Shown one piece after another: positions 8,433 through 20,500 of a stretch of 64,000 nt of DNA (position 1 is the stretch's first letter; each line of letters starts with the position of its first letter). The position numbers and the translations under genes are program-made. The stretch is from the NCBI GenBank assembly GCA_043811915.1, contig JBDRMS010000008.1:109-64108 (forward strand), given 5' to 3'. This stretch comes from a bacterium. Lineage in GTDB: Bacteria > Patescibacteriota > Andersenbacteria > UBA10190. The notes under the pieces were generated by a model. It did no database searches. It saw only the letters and a program-made list of their open reading frames with translations, and was not told the DNA's origin.

Positions 8433-8888
8433 ATGTCAGAATATGAAATTACTTATCTAGCCCGGCCAGAGCTGGATGAGACCGACAAAAACAAGCTCGA
8501 CGAGACTGTCGACGCCGCTATCGCTGAACTCAAGGGCCAAATCACCCACAGTACTCCTCCCACTGACTCTCCTGGCAGTCGTCGCCGGCTCCACTATCCC
8601 GTCGAAGACAAACACGTCGCCTGGCTCCGCGCCGTCCAAATTGAGCTATCCTCTGATAAAATCGAGCAACTGCGCACCATTCTAAAAAAGCAGGATAACA
8701 TTATACGACTCTCTATTCTGGCTACTCCTCGTCGTTCTGAAGTCTCCGCCGCTATTTTTGACAAAACACCTGCCAGGAAGGAGGCTGCTTCAACAACACC
8801 AGCCAAGAAAAAAGAGCCAACCAAAGAAGTTACCATGACTGAAATCGAGGAAAAAATTGAACAGGTCCTGGACGAGGAGGTAAAATAA
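8433..8888 (+). CDS. rpsF: 30S ribosomal protein S6 with an extended charged C-terminal tail
   Basis: The N-terminus [14 protein letters not shown] resembles bS6. Gene order is rpsF-ssb-rpsR. Confidence 0.8.
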   Translation: MSEYEITYLARPELDETDKNKLDETVDAAIAELKGQITHSTPPTDSPGSRRRLHYPVEDKHVAWLRAVQIELSSDKIEQLRTILKKQDNIIRLSILATPRRSEVSAAIFDKTPARKEAASTTPAKKKEPTKEVTMTEIEEKIEQVLDEEVK

Positions 8889-8892
8889 GGAT

Positions 8893-9351
8893 ATGGATTT
8901 AAACAAAGTTATGATTATTGGCCGGCTAACGGCTGATCCTGAAGCCCGCACTACCCCTCAAGGCGTATCCGTTACCAATTTCTCTGTCGCCACCAACCGG
9001 GTCTGGAAAGACGATTCCGGCAATCAGCAGGATCGCGTCGAATACCACAATGTTGTCGCCTGGCGCCGATTAGCCGAAATATGTGCTCAATATCTTTCCA
9101 AGGGCCGCCAAATATACGTTGAAGGACATCTGCAGACACGCTCCTGGGAAGGCCAGGACGGCAAAAAAAATTATCGTACCGAAGTTGTTGCCGACAACAT
9201 GATCATGCTCGGCAGCCGACCCGACAGCACCAGTCAGCCAGCGCCGGCTATGGCCACAGTTTCAACCGCACCCAAGCAACAACAACCAGCTGCTGATCAG
9301 ACAAACTTAGCGAAGGACGAAGAAATTCGCATCGAAGATATACCCTTTTAA
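8893..9351 (+). CDS. ssb: Single-stranded DNA-binding protein
   Basis: OB-fold N-terminus ([11 protein letters not shown]). Disordered Q/P-rich tail ending in the acidic EDIPF tip. Confidence 0.9.
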   Translation: MDLNKVMIIGRLTADPEARTTPQGVSVTNFSVATNRVWKDDSGNQQDRVEYHNVVAWRRLAEICAQYLSKGRQIYVEGHLQTRSWEGQDGKKNYRTEVVADNMIMLGSRPDSTSQPAPAMATVSTAPKQQQPAADQTNLAKDEEIRIEDIPF

Positions 9352-9354
9352 ATT

Positions 9355-9570
9355 ATGAAGAAGAATCCCAACCTGTCTTGCCTCCTGTGCGTTGAAAATA
9401 TTGATGGCGTCACCCTTCGCGACACCGACGTACTGCGTCGCTTCATTAGCGGCCAAAACAAAATTCTGCCCCGCAAAAAAACCGGTTCCTGCTCCAAGCA
9501 CCAAAGAAAGTTAGCCCGGGAGATAAAAAGAGCTCGCGAGATGGGACTGCTCGGCTATCGTGGTCAGTGA
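9355..9570 (+). CDS. rpsR: 30S ribosomal protein S18
   Basis: RRFISGQNKILPRKKTGSCSKHQRKLAREIKRAREMGLL is the bS18 signature. Confidence 0.85.
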   Translation: MKKNPNLSCLLCVENIDGVTLRDTDVLRRFISGQNKILPRKKTGSCSKHQRKLAREIKRAREMGLLGYRGQ

Positions 9571-9860
9571 GAAAAAATTTCATCCCCCGCAACGACGCCT
9601 TTGTCTGCGAGCGCTGCGGTAAAAAGGTTGTGCCCGCCTCCGGCACGTTCAGAAACCACTGTCCCTTCTGCCTGACTTCCAAACATGTCGACAAATATCT
9701 TCCCGGCGACCGTCTTTCCATCTGCGGCGGTCTTATGCCCGTCATTCGCTATGAAGGCACCGATCCCGACAAATTGGAACTCATTCAACAATGCAAAAAA
9801 TGCGGACGGGTTCGCCGCAACCGCACTGCCCCAGACGACAATAAACAACTTCTGTTTTAA
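9567..9860 (+). CDS. RNHCP domain-containing zinc-ribbon protein
   Basis: A literal FRNHCPFC motif plus a second CxxC pair. It overlaps the rpsR stop by 4 nt and the convergent recA end. Confidence 0.7.
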   Translation: MRKNFIPRNDAFVCERCGKKVVPASGTFRNHCPFCLTSKHVDKYLPGDRLSICGGLMPVIRYEGTDPDKLELIQQCKKCGRVRRNRTAPDDNKQLLF

Positions 9861-10870
9861 GGCTTATTCATTTTCTTCTCTTCTTCTTCTACTTCCTGCC
9901 AGATAGCTTTCTCTAATTGTTTAGTCAACTTACTGTCCCCCTTCAGGGTTCTTTTAGACGCCTCGCGTCCTTGTCCCAGCTTTAAATCGCCATAAGACAA
10001 CCAGCTACCAGCCTTCTTTATTAATTTGTATTCCACCCCCTTGTCTACCAAATCCCCCTCCCGGCTAATCCCCTCATTGTACATAATATCAAACTCCGCC
10101 ACTTTAAAAGGCGGTGCCACTTTATTCTTTACCACCTTGGAATAAACCCGGTTACCGATAATTCTATCCCCTACCTTGATATTGGCCCGCCGTCGTACCT
10201 CTATACGCACTGAAGAGTAAAATTTAAGCGCCTTGCCACCCGTCGTCGTCTCCGGATTACCGAACATCACTCCAATTTGCATCCGAATCTGATTTATAAA
10301 TATAACCGTTGTATTTGATTTGGCCGCAATAGCTGTCAGCTTTCGTAAGGCCTGCGACATTAATCGTGCCTGTAATCCCATATGACTGGCCCCCATCTCG
10401 CCCTCAATTTCCGCCCGGGGAGTCAACGCCGCCACTGAATCAATTACCACCAGATCAACAGACGCTGACTGCACTAGCGTCTCTACAATGTCCAACGCCT
10501 GCTCTCCCGTATCTGGCTGGCTAATCAGCAAGTCGTCAATATTCACTCCAACGCGCTTGGCATACTGCGGGTCCAACGCATGTTCCGCATCCACGTAAGC
10601 CACTATACCGCCTTTTCTCTGCGCACTGGCTGAAATATGCAAAGCCAACGTCGACTTTCCGCTAGATTCCGGACCATAAATCTCAATAATGCGCCCTCGT
10701 GGTACTCCGCCAATCCCCAAAGCAATATCCAGCGATATTGAGCCGGTGGGGATAGCATCAATGTCAACTTTTTTAGCTTCCCCCAATTTCATAATCGCCC
10801 CCTCACCAAAGCGTTCCTTAATAGCTTCTATCGCCGCGTCTATAGAAGATATTTGGCTATCTTTTGCCAT
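9857..10870 (-). CDS. recA: Recombinase RecA
   Basis: [12 protein letters not shown] Walker A and full-length RecA conservation. Confidence 0.95.
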   Translation of the reverse strand: MAKDSQISSIDAAIEAIKERFGEGAIMKLGEAKKVDIDAIPTGSISLDIALGIGGVPRGRIIEIYGPESSGKSTLALHISASAQRKGGIVAYVDAEHALDPQYAKRVGVNIDDLLISQPDTGEQALDIVETLVQSASVDLVVIDSVAALTPRAEIEGEMGASHMGLQARLMSQALRKLTAIAAKSNTTVIFINQIRMQIGVMFGNPETTTGGKALKFYSSVRIEVRRRANIKVGDRIIGNRVYSKVVKNKVAPPFKVAEFDIMYNEGISREGDLVDKGVEYKLIKKAGSWLSYGDLKLGQGREASKRTLKGDSKLTKQLEKAIWQEVEEEEKKMNKP

Positions 10871-10884
10871 CTCCTCACCCTACC

Positions 10885-11523
10885 CTACGAACGCGGTACC
10901 AGCAAGTCCCGCTTCAATACCCGAGTACGACCTGATACTCCTCTAGCCTCCAGTTGCAAAACATTAATTCCCGGCCGCAGCATCAACTCCATTTCAAAGG
11001 TACCGTCTTCGGCCAACAGTGCCACCTGGCCATTCACTGTTACATATGCTTCTGTTTCAGCCCGGCCCCGCACCACCACTTGCGACTCCTCTATTACCGT
11101 CACCGTCGGCTCCAGAAGCTCCAACTCAGGCAACCTCACAAACGTCTGCACTTGCAATCCCAAATAACCAATCACCAACAATGCTCCTACCAAGGCCCCC
11201 AGTACCAACACTCCAGCTGGCGTCCAAACGCGCCCTAACCACCTGGCCCGCTGTGGCAGCCGCAACGGCACCCGCTCCTTAGTCCCAGACAAAGAACGTA
11301 AAAAAGCATAATATGTTTTCTGGCGTTCTACTCCAAGATATCGAGCGTACCGCACATAGGCCCCCCGCGCATAAACCTCTGCCGCAAACACATCTAAATT
11401 ATCCTGTTCCAAGGCTTCCAATTGCACTGGTGGTATGCGTAATTCCGCCGCCACTGCGTCCAGCGTCAACCTCTTTTTTTTCCTGGCCGCCTGCAATATG
11501 TCGCCTGCGCTCGCACCTACCAT
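10885..11523 (-). CDS. RodZ-like cytoskeleton protein (N-terminal XRE-type HTH, one TM, C-terminal domain)
   Basis: HTH-like N-terminus, a hydrophobic segment GVLVLGALVGALLVIGYL, and a C-terminal beta-rich domain. It overlaps ftsK by 7 nt. Confidence 0.5.
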   Translation of the reverse strand: MVGASAGDILQAARKKKRLTLDAVAAELRIPPVQLEALEQDNLDVFAAEVYARGAYVRYARYLGVERQKTYYAFLRSLSGTKERVPLRLPQRARWLGRVWTPAGVLVLGALVGALLVIGYLGLQVQTFVRLPELELLEPTVTVIEESQVVVRGRAETEAYVTVNGQVALLAEDGTFEMELMLRPGINVLQLEARGVSGRTRVLKRDLLVPRS

Positions 11524-13697
11524 TTGGCTTTCTCGTCCTCTTCCTCATGCTCATCCCTCATCTCCGACTGCAGTGGTGCTTCTTGCAACACTGGACGGGG
11601 TTTGTTCCCCTCCGCACAGCCAATCACACCCTGTTCTTCCAACATATCAAGCAATCTTGCTGCCCGTGCATAACCCACTCGCAGTCGCCGCTGCAACAAA
11701 CTGGCGCTCGCTTTGCCGGCCAGTACCACCAGCCGCTGTGCCTCCCCCAGTAAAGGATCATCCCCCCTCCCGCTCGTCAGAACGTCCCCTTCACATACCT
11801 GCGCCGTCACCGCTTCGTTATAATCCGGCTCACCCGCCTTTTGCACTTCCTTCACCACCCGACGCACCTCCTCTTCCGACACAAAGCCGCCTTGAATTCG
11901 AATTGGCCGCGCCTTGTCACCAGACAAATACAGCATGTCTCCATTGCCCACCAATTTTTCTGCTCCCGCCATATCAATAATTGTTCGCGAATCAACTTGT
12001 GATGCCACCGAAAACGCAATCCGCGACGGTACGTTAGCCTTAATTAACCCCGTCAGCACATTCACCGACGGACGCTGCGTTGCCAACACCAGGTGAATTC
12101 CCACCGCCCGCGCCAGCTGCGACAGTCTCACAATCGGCCCTTCCACCTCACGCCCGTGCCTAACCATCAAATCAGCCAGCTCATCAATCACAATCACAAT
12201 AAATGGCCGGGCTTCAGTCGGGTTACTTAAGTTAAAAGACAACAAGTTACGTGCCCCAGACTCCTCCAACAATCTATATCTCACATCCATCTCTTCAATC
12301 GCCCATTTCAAGGCATGAACAGTTTTCTCCACATCCACAATCACTGGTGACAATAGATGGGGAATGTTGTTGTAAACCGGCAGTTCCACCCGCTTCGGGT
12401 CCACCATTATAAATCGTACTACGTCCGGCGAATTACGGTACAGCCACGACACCAGCAATGTATGAATATTCACCGATTTACCCGACCCCGTGGCTCCGGC
12501 TATCAACAAATGAGGCAAACGCTCCAGTGTATCCACCACCACTTGCCCCGACACATCCCTCCCCAAAGGAAAGGCCAGGGGAGACTCCGCCTCTCGAAAT
12601 TCGCGTGACATCAAAAGATCCCGCAGACGCACCAGCGACGGCGTCTTATTTGGAATCTCTATTCCCACCAGGTCCTTATTAGGAATTGGCGCTTCAATAC
12701 GAATCGGGTGAGCTGCCAAAGCTAACGCTAAGTCGTTTTGTAATGCTGTGATACGCGTTAACTTTGTTCCTTCTTCCGGTCGCAGCGTATACTGCGTCAC
12801 CGTCGGACCCACATTTGCTTCTCCCATCTCCACCTGAATACCAAAATGTTCCAATGTACGTCGAATAGTCTCCTTGGTTTGTTTCTCCAAATCCCTATTC
12901 CGCGTGCCCACTCGCCCCGCAGATTGCAACAACTTCAACACTGCCGGGCGATACCGACGCCCACCGCTTAGGAGCTGCTGTGTCAGGCGACTCCCCTCCT
13001 CATGCTGACTTAAGGACAACCCGCTTGTCTCCATCTCCGGTTGCTCAATACCTCGTACCGCCTTCATTCGAAAACGAGGACCGGCCGACTCCTGTTCAAA
13101 ATCCTCTTCTTCCTCTTCTATTTCATCTTCTTTCCGGTCAGACCGAAAAGCCTGGCGCAACCATCCCCACACATCCGCTGGCGAAATCCGAAAAGTCAAA
13201 ATCATTCCAATAAAAAACGATCCAAGAAAGATCAGCGCCGCCGCCGCCCGAGACACTGCCTGGCTCAAAGGGAAGCTCAATAGAAAACCAAGGTAGCCAC
13301 CCGCCCGTCCCTCATGAGCTGCCTGCAACGCATCGTCAGCCGACGCTCCCACAATATGAAAAAATCCTAGTAATCCCACCGTTGTCAGTAAAACTCCTAC
13401 CACTCTAAGCCGCCCCAACTCAAAACGCCGCGGCCACACCAGGTGCAGCGCCCAGGCAACCAGAATCATCGGTACCAGGTAAGCAAACCAGCCAAATACT
13501 CGTCGCAAAAACCCCAGCACCAATGTCCCTGTCGGACCCGCAGCGTCAAAAAAGCTTAATATCGCAATCAAGGAAAAGACCAGCACAATAATACCAAACA
13601 CAGCCCTCCTCGCCTGCGGTGAAAGCCAACTCTCCGCTTCAACACTAGAACGCCTGTAACTTTGCTTTTTCTTACGCCTAAACGGGTTCAGCCTCAT
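11517..13697 (-). CDS. ftsK: DNA translocase FtsK/SpoIIIE
   Basis: N-terminal TM segments, the GATGSGKSV Walker A, and a C-terminal gamma (winged helix) domain. Confidence 0.9.
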   Translation of the reverse strand: MRLNPFRRKKKQSYRRSSVEAESWLSPQARRAVFGIIVLVFSLIAILSFFDAAGPTGTLVLGFLRRVFGWFAYLVPMILVAWALHLVWPRRFELGRLRVVGVLLTTVGLLGFFHIVGASADDALQAAHEGRAGGYLGFLLSFPLSQAVSRAAAALIFLGSFFIGMILTFRISPADVWGWLRQAFRSDRKEDEIEEEEEDFEQESAGPRFRMKAVRGIEQPEMETSGLSLSQHEEGSRLTQQLLSGGRRYRPAVLKLLQSAGRVGTRNRDLEKQTKETIRRTLEHFGIQVEMGEANVGPTVTQYTLRPEEGTKLTRITALQNDLALALAAHPIRIEAPIPNKDLVGIEIPNKTPSLVRLRDLLMSREFREAESPLAFPLGRDVSGQVVVDTLERLPHLLIAGATGSGKSVNIHTLLVSWLYRNSPDVVRFIMVDPKRVELPVYNNIPHLLSPVIVDVEKTVHALKWAIEEMDVRYRLLEESGARNLLSFNLSNPTEARPFIVIVIDELADLMVRHGREVEGPIVRLSQLARAVGIHLVLATQRPSVNVLTGLIKANVPSRIAFSVASQVDSRTIIDMAGAEKLVGNGDMLYLSGDKARPIRIQGGFVSEEEVRRVVKEVQKAGEPDYNEAVTAQVCEGDVLTSGRGDDPLLGEAQRLVVLAGKASASLLQRRLRVGYARAARLLDMLEEQGVIGCAEGNKPRPVLQEAPLQSEMRDEHEEEDEKAKW

Positions 13698-13716
13698 GTT
13701 CCCCCATTATACACGC

Positions 13717-16700
13717 CTACTTCTCTTCTTTATACCCCGTTCCGACCGGGATCAGCCGGCCAATAATTACATTTTCCTTCAGGCCCTCTAAATTATCGAC
13801 CCTGCCCGTTACCGCCGCATCAATTAACACCCGGGCTGTTTCCATAAACGAGGCCGCCGACAAAAAGCTACGCGTGGTCAGGGACACTTTTGTAATACCC
13901 AGCAACAACTGCTCGCCTATAGCCGGGGCCTTCTTCTCTGCTTTTGCTTTTTTATTCGCCGCCAGAAATTCCACCAATTCAACCACTCTACCTGATAGTA
14001 ATTCCGTATCCCCCGCTTCGTGCACTCTAACCCGAGATAGCATTTGCCGCACAATAATCTCCAGGTGCTTGTCATTAATCGTCTCACCCTGAATGGCATA
14101 AACCTGCTGTACTTCTCGCAATATATAACGTTGCACTGCTCGCACCCCAGCCACCTCGTACAATGCCTGCACATCCAGGTGCCCTTCCGTCAACTGCTGG
14201 CCCGCCATCACCTCTTGACCATCCTTTATTTCCAACGTCGTGTTAGTCGGCACTGAATATTCGCGCACATCCTTACCCTGGCCCCGCAAAACTAAAGCGT
14301 CATCATTCACTGTAATCACTCCGTCAAAAGGAGCCCTCACATCTTCCCCATTCACATTTACGAACAATTTGTCCCCTCCACTCACTTTCTGTCCTGTCTT
14401 AACACCCGAAGCCACTTTAGCCCCGCTAATAACATATTCTTTTGCCTTCGAGCCCTTGGAAGTAACTATTAATCGCACCTCATTCTTTGACCGATTCACT
14501 TCTACCGTTCCATCAACTTCACTCATCACCACTTGTCCCTTCGGAGTTCTAGCCTCTAACAACTCCTCTACCCGAGGCAATCCCTGGGTAATATCCTCCC
14601 CTCCTACCCCACCACTGTGGAAAGTACGCATAGTAAGTTGAGTTCCCGGCTCACCAATAGCCTGCGCCGCTACCACTCCCACCGGTTCTCCAATCTCAAC
14701 CAAACCTCCTCTACCCAAATCCCATCCATAACACATTCGACAAATACCCAGCGTTGCCTTGCACGTCACCACTGAACGCAGGGCCACCTCTTCAATTCCT
14801 AATTCATCAATTCGCGTCGCTTCCTTTCGCCCCATCAGCGTACCTCGCTTAAATACCACCTTATTAGTACGCGGGTGGCGCACCGCCTTTGCTAATACTC
14901 GCCCCATCACACGCGCACTTAGTGCAGTACCAACCTCCTGACTGTCAACTAAATTAACCACCCCTCCCTCTGTATCCTGACAGTCTTCTTCTCGCACCAC
15001 TACATCCTGCGCCACATTCACCAGCCGCCGTGTTAAATATCCTGCCGTAGCCGTTCGCAATGCCGTATCCGCCATCCCCTTACGAGTGCCGTGCGTCGAC
15101 AAAAAGTACTCCAAAGCCGAAAAACCTTCCTTAAAGCTACTTTTAATAGGTACTTCTACCACTTCGCCCGTCGGGCCTGATACCGTACCCTTCATGCCCA
15201 TCATCTGCATAACCTGTGTCCATGATCCCCGCGCTCCCGAATTCACCATGGAAGAAACAGTTCCGTTGGCATCCAATGTCTCCTGCGCCAAACCATTCAT
15301 TTCTTCTCTCACATCCTCCCATATGCCCACCGTCATCCTGTAGCGCTCTTCGTCGGTCAGCAGCCCTTCTTCATACTGTTCACGAATCGCGTCAACTTTT
15401 TCCTGGGCCTGCTGCACAATCTGATCCTTCTTATCCGGCACGGTCAGATCATCCATCCCCCACGACAAACCACTCGCCGTGGCGAAGGCAAAACCCAAAT
15501 CTTTCATTTTATCCAAAAATTCCGCCGCCACCACCTGACCATGCTCATGCAACACATCACCAATAGTTCGCTTCAGTCGCGACTTGTCCAGCTCTTCATT
15601 AACAAACGCGTGCCCCTGAGACAACATCTCATGGAATAACAAACGCCCCATCGTCGTTTCCACAATCTCTTTCTGTTTGTCCGGACGGGGCGCCTTTATC
15701 CGCGCATTAACTGCCACATATCCCAACTCGTAAGCCATGCAAGCTTCAACTACTGAAGCAAAGGCTTTGCCCTCCCCCTTAGCTCCTGATTGTTCTTTTG
15801 TCATGTAGTAAATACCCAACACAATATCTTGCGTGGCCGAAGTGGCTGGCTGTCCATCGGCCGGCTTCAGTAAATTACGGCTGGACAACATCAGCTCGCT
15901 TGCCTCTTTAAGTGCCTTACTCGACAATGGCACGTGCACCGCCATTTGATCTCCATCAAAATCAGCGTTGAAAGGAGTTGTCACCATTGGGTGGACCTGG
16001 ATAGCCTTACCCTCAATCAATACTGGCACAAAGGCCTGAATACCCAGTCGATGCAACGTCGGCGCCCGGTTTAGTAATACTTTGTGCGTACGGGTTATTC
16101 CCTCCAGAGCGTCCCACACCTCCGGAATGGCCTGCTCAATCAAGCGCGAAGCCGAGCGAATATTGTGCGCCAGCTCCCGTTCAATCAATTCGTGAATAAC
16201 GAATGGCTTGAATAACTCCAGTGCCATCAGCTTCGGCAGCCCACATTGATCCAATCGCAGTTCCGGACCCACTACAATCACCGACCGCCCCGAATAATCA
16301 ACTCGCTTACCCAGCAGGTTCTGACGAAAACGTCCTTGTTTACCCTTCAACATATCGGCCAAAGACTTCAGCTGGCGCCGCTGGCCTGTTATGGACGTTG
16401 TTGTAGAACCACGTCGCGCTGCATTATCAACTAATGCATCAACCGCTTCCTGTAACATCCGTTTTTCATTACGCGCAATCACCTCTGGCGCTCCCAGTTC
16501 CAGCAAACGCTTTAGACGATTATTGCGGTTAATCACCCGCCGGTATAAATCATTCAAGTCGGAAGCCGCAAACCTTCCTCCATCTAACTGCACCATTGGT
16601 CGCAAATCCGGCGGAATAACCGGCAACACCGTCAAAAACATCCACTCTGGCTTAATTCCCGCTTTAATTAGCGAGCTCATTAGCGATAACCGCCGCAAGA

Positions 16701-17529
16701 TGCGCTTGCGTTTGGCCGCTGAAGCATCCTTTAGTTCAGACGTCAGCTCCTTCACCTTTTCTTTTAAATCCATCGACTCAAAAATAGATCTGATGGCTTC
16801 CGAACCAATCCCTGCTTTAAACACATGCCCATATTTCAAAGACAGCTCACGATACTCGACTTCAGAAATAATTGTGTGGGGGGTGAGCTCCTTCAGTCTT
16901 TTCTCGGCCTCCGAAATCGCCGTTGTCAGCTTATCCATCTCCACTTTTTCCTGACGCAATAGCGCGTCCTTTTTCTTAATGTCTCCCTTACCCAACTTAG
17001 ACCGCAATTGCTTATACCCTTTTTTGATTGTCGAATGTTTGACATCTCCCTCGCGTCGCAAACGATCCAGCACTTCCTGCTTAGCCGACTCATCCACCTC
17101 AGTTACAATATACGAAGCAAAATATATTACTTTCTCCAACTGGCTGACATTTATATCAAGTAACAAACCCATTTTTGAAGGCACTCCCCGCAAAAACCAG
17201 ATGTGAGAAACCGGCGTCGCCAGCTTTATATGCCCCATTCTCTCCCGACGTACAATCGAGCGTGTCACTTCCACTCCACACTTATCACAAACAATTCCCT
17301 TGTAACGAATGCGCCTGTATTTGCCGCAGTAACACTCCCAGTCTTTAGTCGGCCCAAAAATCCTCTCGTCAAACAGTCCTTCTTTTTCCGGTTTCTGCGT
17401 ACGATAATTAATAGTTTCCGGCTTGGTTATCTCACCAAAAGACCAATCCAGAATTCGTTCCGGCGAAGCCAGCGTTAATCGCACTGCCGTGAAATCAGTC
17501 ATCTCTTGTTGCGCGTCTTGTGCAGTCAT
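13717..17529 (-). CDS. rpoC: DNA-directed RNA polymerase subunit beta-prime
   Basis: Zinc-binding CxxC..C N-terminus, the NADFDGDQM catalytic motif, 1270 aa. Confidence 0.97.
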   Translation of the reverse strand: MTAQDAQQEMTDFTAVRLTLASPERILDWSFGEITKPETINYRTQKPEKEGLFDERIFGPTKDWECYCGKYRRIRYKGIVCDKCGVEVTRSIVRRERMGHIKLATPVSHIWFLRGVPSKMGLLLDINVSQLEKVIYFASYIVTEVDESAKQEVLDRLRREGDVKHSTIKKGYKQLRSKLGKGDIKKKDALLRQEKVEMDKLTTAISEAEKRLKELTPHTIISEVEYRELSLKYGHVFKAGIGSEAIRSIFESMDLKEKVKELTSELKDASAAKRKRILRRLSLMSSLIKAGIKPEWMFLTVLPVIPPDLRPMVQLDGGRFAASDLNDLYRRVINRNNRLKRLLELGAPEVIARNEKRMLQEAVDALVDNAARRGSTTTSITGQRRQLKSLADMLKGKQGRFRQNLLGKRVDYSGRSVIVVGPELRLDQCGLPKLMALELFKPFVIHELIERELAHNIRSASRLIEQAIPEVWDALEGITRTHKVLLNRAPTLHRLGIQAFVPVLIEGKAIQVHPMVTTPFNADFDGDQMAVHVPLSSKALKEASELMLSSRNLLKPADGQPATSATQDIVLGIYYMTKEQSGAKGEGKAFASVVEACMAYELGYVAVNARIKAPRPDKQKEIVETTMGRLLFHEMLSQGHAFVNEELDKSRLKRTIGDVLHEHGQVVAAEFLDKMKDLGFAFATASGLSWGMDDLTVPDKKDQIVQQAQEKVDAIREQYEEGLLTDEERYRMTVGIWEDVREEMNGLAQETLDANGTVSSMVNSGARGSWTQVMQMMGMKGTVSGPTGEVVEVPIKSSFKEGFSALEYFLSTHGTRKGMADTALRTATAGYLTRRLVNVAQDVVVREEDCQDTEGGVVNLVDSQEVGTALSARVMGRVLAKAVRHPRTNKVVFKRGTLMGRKEATRIDELGIEEVALRSVVTCKATLGICRMCYGWDLGRGGLVEIGEPVGVVAAQAIGEPGTQLTMRTFHSGGVGGEDITQGLPRVEELLEARTPKGQVVMSEVDGTVEVNRSKNEVRLIVTSKGSKAKEYVISGAKVASGVKTGQKVSGGDKLFVNVNGEDVRAPFDGVITVNDDALVLRGQGKDVREYSVPTNTTLEIKDGQEVMAGQQLTEGHLDVQALYEVAGVRAVQRYILREVQQVYAIQGETINDKHLEIIVRQMLSRVRVHEAGDTELLSGRVVELVEFLAANKKAKAEKKAPAIGEQLLLGITKVSLTTRSFLSAASFMETARVLIDAAVTGRVDNLEGLKENVIIGRLIPVGTGYKEEK

Positions 17530-17539
17530 AATAGTTTGA

Positions 17540-20500
17540 TTAACGAATACGCACTCCCCGCTCTTTTCCCCTCTCCTGACCAGTTTTCACCGGTATCCTC
17601 ATATACTCGCTTTCCTCTTTTTTCTCTGTTCTAATCACCTTTTGTCCCAATAATTCCACATCCAAAGCCAAGCCTTTAAGTTCTTTAACCAATACATCAA
17701 AAGCAGCTGGCACCCGTGGCGGCTGAATAGCAGTCCCCTTTACAATCGACTCATAAGTTTTACTGCGCCCCGGCACATCGTCTGACTTTATAGTCAGCAT
17801 CTCCTGCAAACTGTGCGCCGCTCCGTATGCCTCGAGCGCCCACACCTCCATCTCACCAAAGCGCTGGCCACCAAACTGCGCCTTACCTCCCAACGGCTGT
17901 TGCGTCACCAGTGAGTATGGCCCTGTTGAACGCATGTGAATTTTGTCGTCTACCAGATGATGCAATTTCAACACATACATCACCCCCACCGTCACCGGGT
18001 GATCAAAAGCCTCACCTGATATACCATTAAACAGCTGCATTTTTCCATCCTCCGGCAAACCAGCCTTAATCAATTGCTCACGAATCTCACTCTCCTTCAC
18101 TCCCACAAACGAAGGAGAAGCCACAAAAAACTTCAACCGCTGCGCCGCTATCCCTAAATGAGTCTCCAGTATTTGACCAATATTCATACGACTGGCCACT
18201 CCCATAGGATTCAAAACAATATCTACCGGGGTGCCATCACCCAGGTAAGGCATATCCTCCACCGGGCGAATTTCCGAGATTACTCCCTTGTTCCCATGAC
18301 GGCCAGCTAATTTATCTCCTACCTGTAGTTTACGCATTTGCGCTACGCTTACTTGCACCTGCTGCAATACGCCACTGGGTAACTTGTCGCCTTCTTCACG
18401 AGAAAATATTTTTACATCAACCACCTTGCCCATTTCTCCATGAGCCAGGTACAACGACGTATCTTTAACATCTTTGGCTTTCTCACCGAATATGGCTCGC
18501 AACAGTCTTTCCTCGCTTGTCAGGTCCGTCTCTCCTTTATTAGTCACTTTGCCGACCAGGATGTCCCCGCTGTGAACTTCCGCCCCAACGCGCACAATGC
18601 CATCCCCGGCCAGATTTCGGAGCTTTTCCTCGCTTACATTGGGAATATCGCGTGTGATAACTTCCGGGCCCAGCTTGGTATCACGCACATCCACCAAAAA
18701 ATCTTCCACATGTCCAGATGTAAACCTGTCTTCCTGCACTACTCGCTCCGACACCACAATAGCATCCTCAAAATTCCCTCCGTACCAGGGCACAAAAGCT
18801 ACCAGTAAATTCTGCCCCAGCGATAGCTCGCCCCTATCAGTAGCTGAACCATCCGCAATCAATTCCCCTGCCTTCACTTTTTGTCCCACTTCCACCAATG
18901 GGTGCTGCGTCATTGCCGTTGAGTGGTTGCTGCGCTGAAAGTTTTGCAAACGATACACCTGCTTTTCGTCTCCCTTCCCCTTCACTGTAATATGTCGTGC
19001 ATCAACCTCTGCCACCTCGCCATCAATGGTAGACAGCACCACCTGTCCCGAGTCATACGCCGCCCTGCCTTCCAAACCGGTTCCTATCCTTGGTGCCTCC
19101 GGTACCACTGGCGGCACTGCCTGACGTTGCATGTTTGATCCCATCAAAGCTCGTTGGGCGTCATCATGTTCAATAAACGGAATCATGCCCGCTCCAATAC
19201 TGACAATCTGTTGCGGCGATACATCAATATAATCAACTTGCTTTGGCTTCACCTCCGCAAACTGTCCCCGTTCCCGGGCCTCTACTTTGCTGCCTGTTAA
19301 TCTACCCGTGTTGTCTCTTGGTTCTTCCGCTTGAGCAATAATGTATTTTTCCTCCTGGTAAGCGTCCAGATACTCAATTTCATCCGTTACTTTTCCGTCT
19401 TCTACCTTGTGATATGGTGTCTCTAAAAATCCATACTCATTTAGACGAGCATAAACCGCCATGTGCCCCACCAGGCCAATATTCGGTCCTTCTGGTGTTT
19501 GAATAGGACAAATTCGTCCATAGTGGGAACGATGCACGTCTCTCACCTCAAATCCTGCCCGATGCCTGTCCAGGCCCCCCGGCCCCATCGCACTCATGCG
19601 TCGTTTATGCTCTATTTCCGACAACGGATTTGTCTGATCCATAAATTGAGACAGCTGTGAACTGGTAAAGAATTCCTTAATAGCCGCAATAATCGGCCGC
19701 GCATTAACCAGCTGTGCCGCCGTTACTTTATCCAGTTCCAGCGTACTCATACGGTCTTTAGCGATACGCTCCATGCGTGTCAGGCCCACTCTAAATTTGT
19801 TCTGGATCAATTCGCCCACTGGCCGCACTCTTCGATTGCCTAAATGGTCAATATCATCAGCTGGTTCCTGACTTACATTCAATCGAATAACTTCACGCAG
19901 TACCGCCACCACATCTTCGTTACGCAAAATACGATGTTCCGGAGCTTGAGATACCTTCAAAGACAATCGCTGGTTCATGCGATACCGCCCCACTTTGCCA
20001 AAATCATATCTGTCCAGGCGAAAAAACATATCATGAATCATCTGTCGCGCATTATCTACCGTAGCCAGGTCCCCTGGCCTTAGCCGTTTGTAAATTTCCC
20101 GCAAGCCTTCTGCCACATTGTGGGTTATGTCACGAGCTAACGTCGCCTCAATAAACTTAATCTCGGCGTCAGTATCAATATCCGCAAACATTCCTTTCAT
20201 TTTCTCGTTATCGGTCTCAATTTCCAAAGCCCGAAGTAATGTCGTAATTGCTACCTTGCGTTTGCGATCAATACGAACGTACACCGCTCCATCTGCCGCT
20301 GTCTCCAATTCCAACCAGGCTCCTCGATTAGGAATAATCTTGGCTCCATACCAAACCCTGCCCTTACTAAATTGGGATGTAAAAAAAACGCCTGGGGAGC
20401 GAATTAGTTGAGACACCACCACGCGTTCTACACCATTAATAATAAAGGTTCCCCGGCCAGTCATCACCGGGAACTCACCTAAATATACTTCCTGCTCCTT

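Noticed and set aside
16391-16954. Antisense ORFs of 100 to 190 aa inside rpoC and rpoB (for example 16391..16954 and 18440..18808)
   Set aside because: They are entirely embedded antisense to highly conserved RNA polymerase genes. These are typical frame artefacts.
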